DNA of 64,000 nucleotides from Hypanus sabinus (lineage: Eukaryota), in the NCBI RefSeq assembly GCF_030144855.1, contig NC_082707.1, forward strand, positions 84,692,001 to 84,756,000. Direction: 5' to 3'. How positions within the stretch are numbered: the stretch's first letter is position 1; each line of letters begins with the position of its first letter. Below are positions 62,163-64,000 of this stretch, piece after piece. The notes beneath the pieces were generated by a model. That model ran no database searches and was not told the origin of the DNA. It saw only the letters and a list, made by a program, of their open reading frames with translations. The position numbers were made by a program, and so were the translations under genes.

Positions 62163-63700
62163 TTATAGAATAATAGAAAAGTACAGCACAGGAACAGGCC
62201 ATTCAGCCCTCAATGTTGTGCCAAACCGGATAAAAAGCAAATCAAATGTCACCTTCACTGCATGCCCTTGGGTATTAGACGCATCAACCCTGGGAAACAG
62301 ATACTGTCTGTCCACTTTATCTATGCCTCACATAATCTTATAAACCTCTACCAGATTTCCTCTCAGCCTCTGACGCTCCAAAGAAAACAGCCCAAGTTTA
62401 TCCAGCCTCTCATGATAGCACATGCCCTCTAAACCAGGCGGCATCCTGGTAAACCTCTTCTGCACCCTCACAAAGCTTCAACATCCTTCCTACAAGTGTT
62501 CTAACCAAAATTTCATAAGGTTGCAACAAACTTTCTGACTTTTGAACTCAATAACTCAACTAATAAAAGCAAGTATTCCATTAGTTTAACTACCTTATCG
62601 AATTGCACGGCCACTTTCAAGGAGCTATGAACATGGATCTTGGATCTCTCTACTCAGCAACACTGTTAAGGCCCCTGCCCTAACAGTGTACTGTCTCTTT
62701 GCATTGCAACACCTCACTTTTACTGTGCTGTATTCTTTGCCAGTCTTCTGCACTATCCACAACTCCACCAATCTTGGTATCATCTGCAAATTTACCAACC
62801 TATCCATCTACATTTTTATCCAGGTCATTTATATACATTAAAACCCTGGGAAACAGATACACTCTGTCCACTCTTATCTATACCCCTCATAATCTTATAA
62901 AGCTCCTTCAGGTCCCAGTGCAGAACTCCACTAATTATAGACCAAGTCTCCTCAACCACTATCCTCTCTCTTCTATGTACAAGAGAGCTCTGAATACAAA
63001 CAGCCAATTCACCGTGAATCACAAGCATCTTAATTTTCTGGATTAGCCTCCATGAGGGACTTTATAAACTCCTAACTAAAATCCATGTAGATAACATCCA
63101 CTGCCCTACCCTCATCAATCTCTCTCCTCACCTGGTCAAATAAAACTGAATCAAGTTGGTAAGGCACAACTTACCACACACAAAGCTCTACTGGCTCTCC
63201 ATGGGTTTCCAAACACTCATATATCCCATTGCAGCAACTTCCCTTCAACTGATGCAAGACTCACTGGTCTATAGCTCCCAGGACTTTCCCTTATCCCCTT
63301 TTTAAATAGAGGTAAAACATTAGCTACTTGCCAGATCTCCAGGAGCTTGACCGTGGCTGGAAAGGACACAAAGATACTGGTTGAGGGCCCTGCAATCTCA
63401 TCTCTTGTCTCTTTCAATAACCTGCATTAAATACCATCAGGCTCTGAGGACTTATCCATCTTAATACTCCCTAGGAGGCCCAATGCTTCCTCCTCCTTGA
63501 CCTCTAAATGCCCTAACCTATTTATACACTCAGTAATGATCTGATCTCCTGGTCCTTCATATCCTTTTCCTCGGTAAAAACTGAAGTAAAGTACTCACTA
63601 AGTACCTCACTTACATTCCTTGAATGGTACCACCCTCTCCCTAGTTATCCTTTTACTCTTCATGTATAGAATCACTTGGAATTCACCTATATCTTACCTG
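62163..63700 (-). mobile_element. CR1-type LINE fragments
   Basis: Minus ORF WQVANVLPLFKKG...SYRPVSLASV; atagaa-type tail at ~62165. Confidence 0.85.
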
Positions 63701-64000
63701 TGCCAGAGTCAGGGACGCATCGGATCTTGTCTACAGCATTTTGGAGGGGAAGAGAGAGCAGCCAGATATCTTGGTACATATTGGTACCAGAGACATAGGA
63801 AGGAAAAGCAAAGAGGTCCTGAAGAAAGAATTCAGAGAGCTAGGCAGAAAGATGATAAGTGGGGCCTCCAGGGTAGTAATTTATGGATTGCTACCTGTGT
63901 CATGCACCAGTGAGGCTACAAACAGGATGATTTGGCAGATAAATGTGCGGCTGAGGAGCTGGTGCAGGGGACAGGGTTTCAGGTTCTCGGATCATTGGGA
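63700..64000 (+). mobile_element. CR1 ORF1 (esterase-like) fragment running off the window
   Basis: Homologous to 19975-20260 (agggtagtaatttatggattgctacctgtgtcatg vs agggtagtgatctcaggattgctgcctgtgccatg). Confidence 0.7.

Noticed and set aside
1-64000. CRISPR arrays, rRNA, tRNA, snoRNA or prokaryotic operons; remaining short ORFs
   Set aside because: None recognised; this is eukaryotic intron-rich DNA and the other ORFs are transposon fragments or chance frames.

Overview
Vertebrate genomic DNA, most likely a cartilaginous fish (ray/skate-type CR1, Penelope, Tc1 and SINE repeats; species is inference). It holds two convergent, intron-split genes. (1) On +, the last four coding exons (1649-14125) of a vitamin K-dependent-family coagulation serine protease (EGF2, activation peptide, protease domain). 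It occupies the position PROC holds next to IWS1 in human, but its diagnostic residues are factor X/IX/VII-like, so it is probably an uncharacterised PROC-locus paralog. (2) On -, IWS1 coding exons 2-15 (61264 down to stop 16249), all with GT-AG boundaries and consistent phases; exon 1 is presumably beyond the window. Roughly half the sequence is transposon-derived, with several nested stacks that can be ordered by target-site duplications (TSDs). Highlights: the mosaic protease; minimal hammerhead ribozyme cores from Penelope-like elements in sense within IWS1 introns; a hAT derivative carrying two independent solo LTRs; an L1 inserted into the branch-point region of a protease exon; and a distinct repeat expansion in IWS1 exon 5. 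Exon coordinates were read by hand; repeat boundaries without a stated TSD/TIR are approximate.
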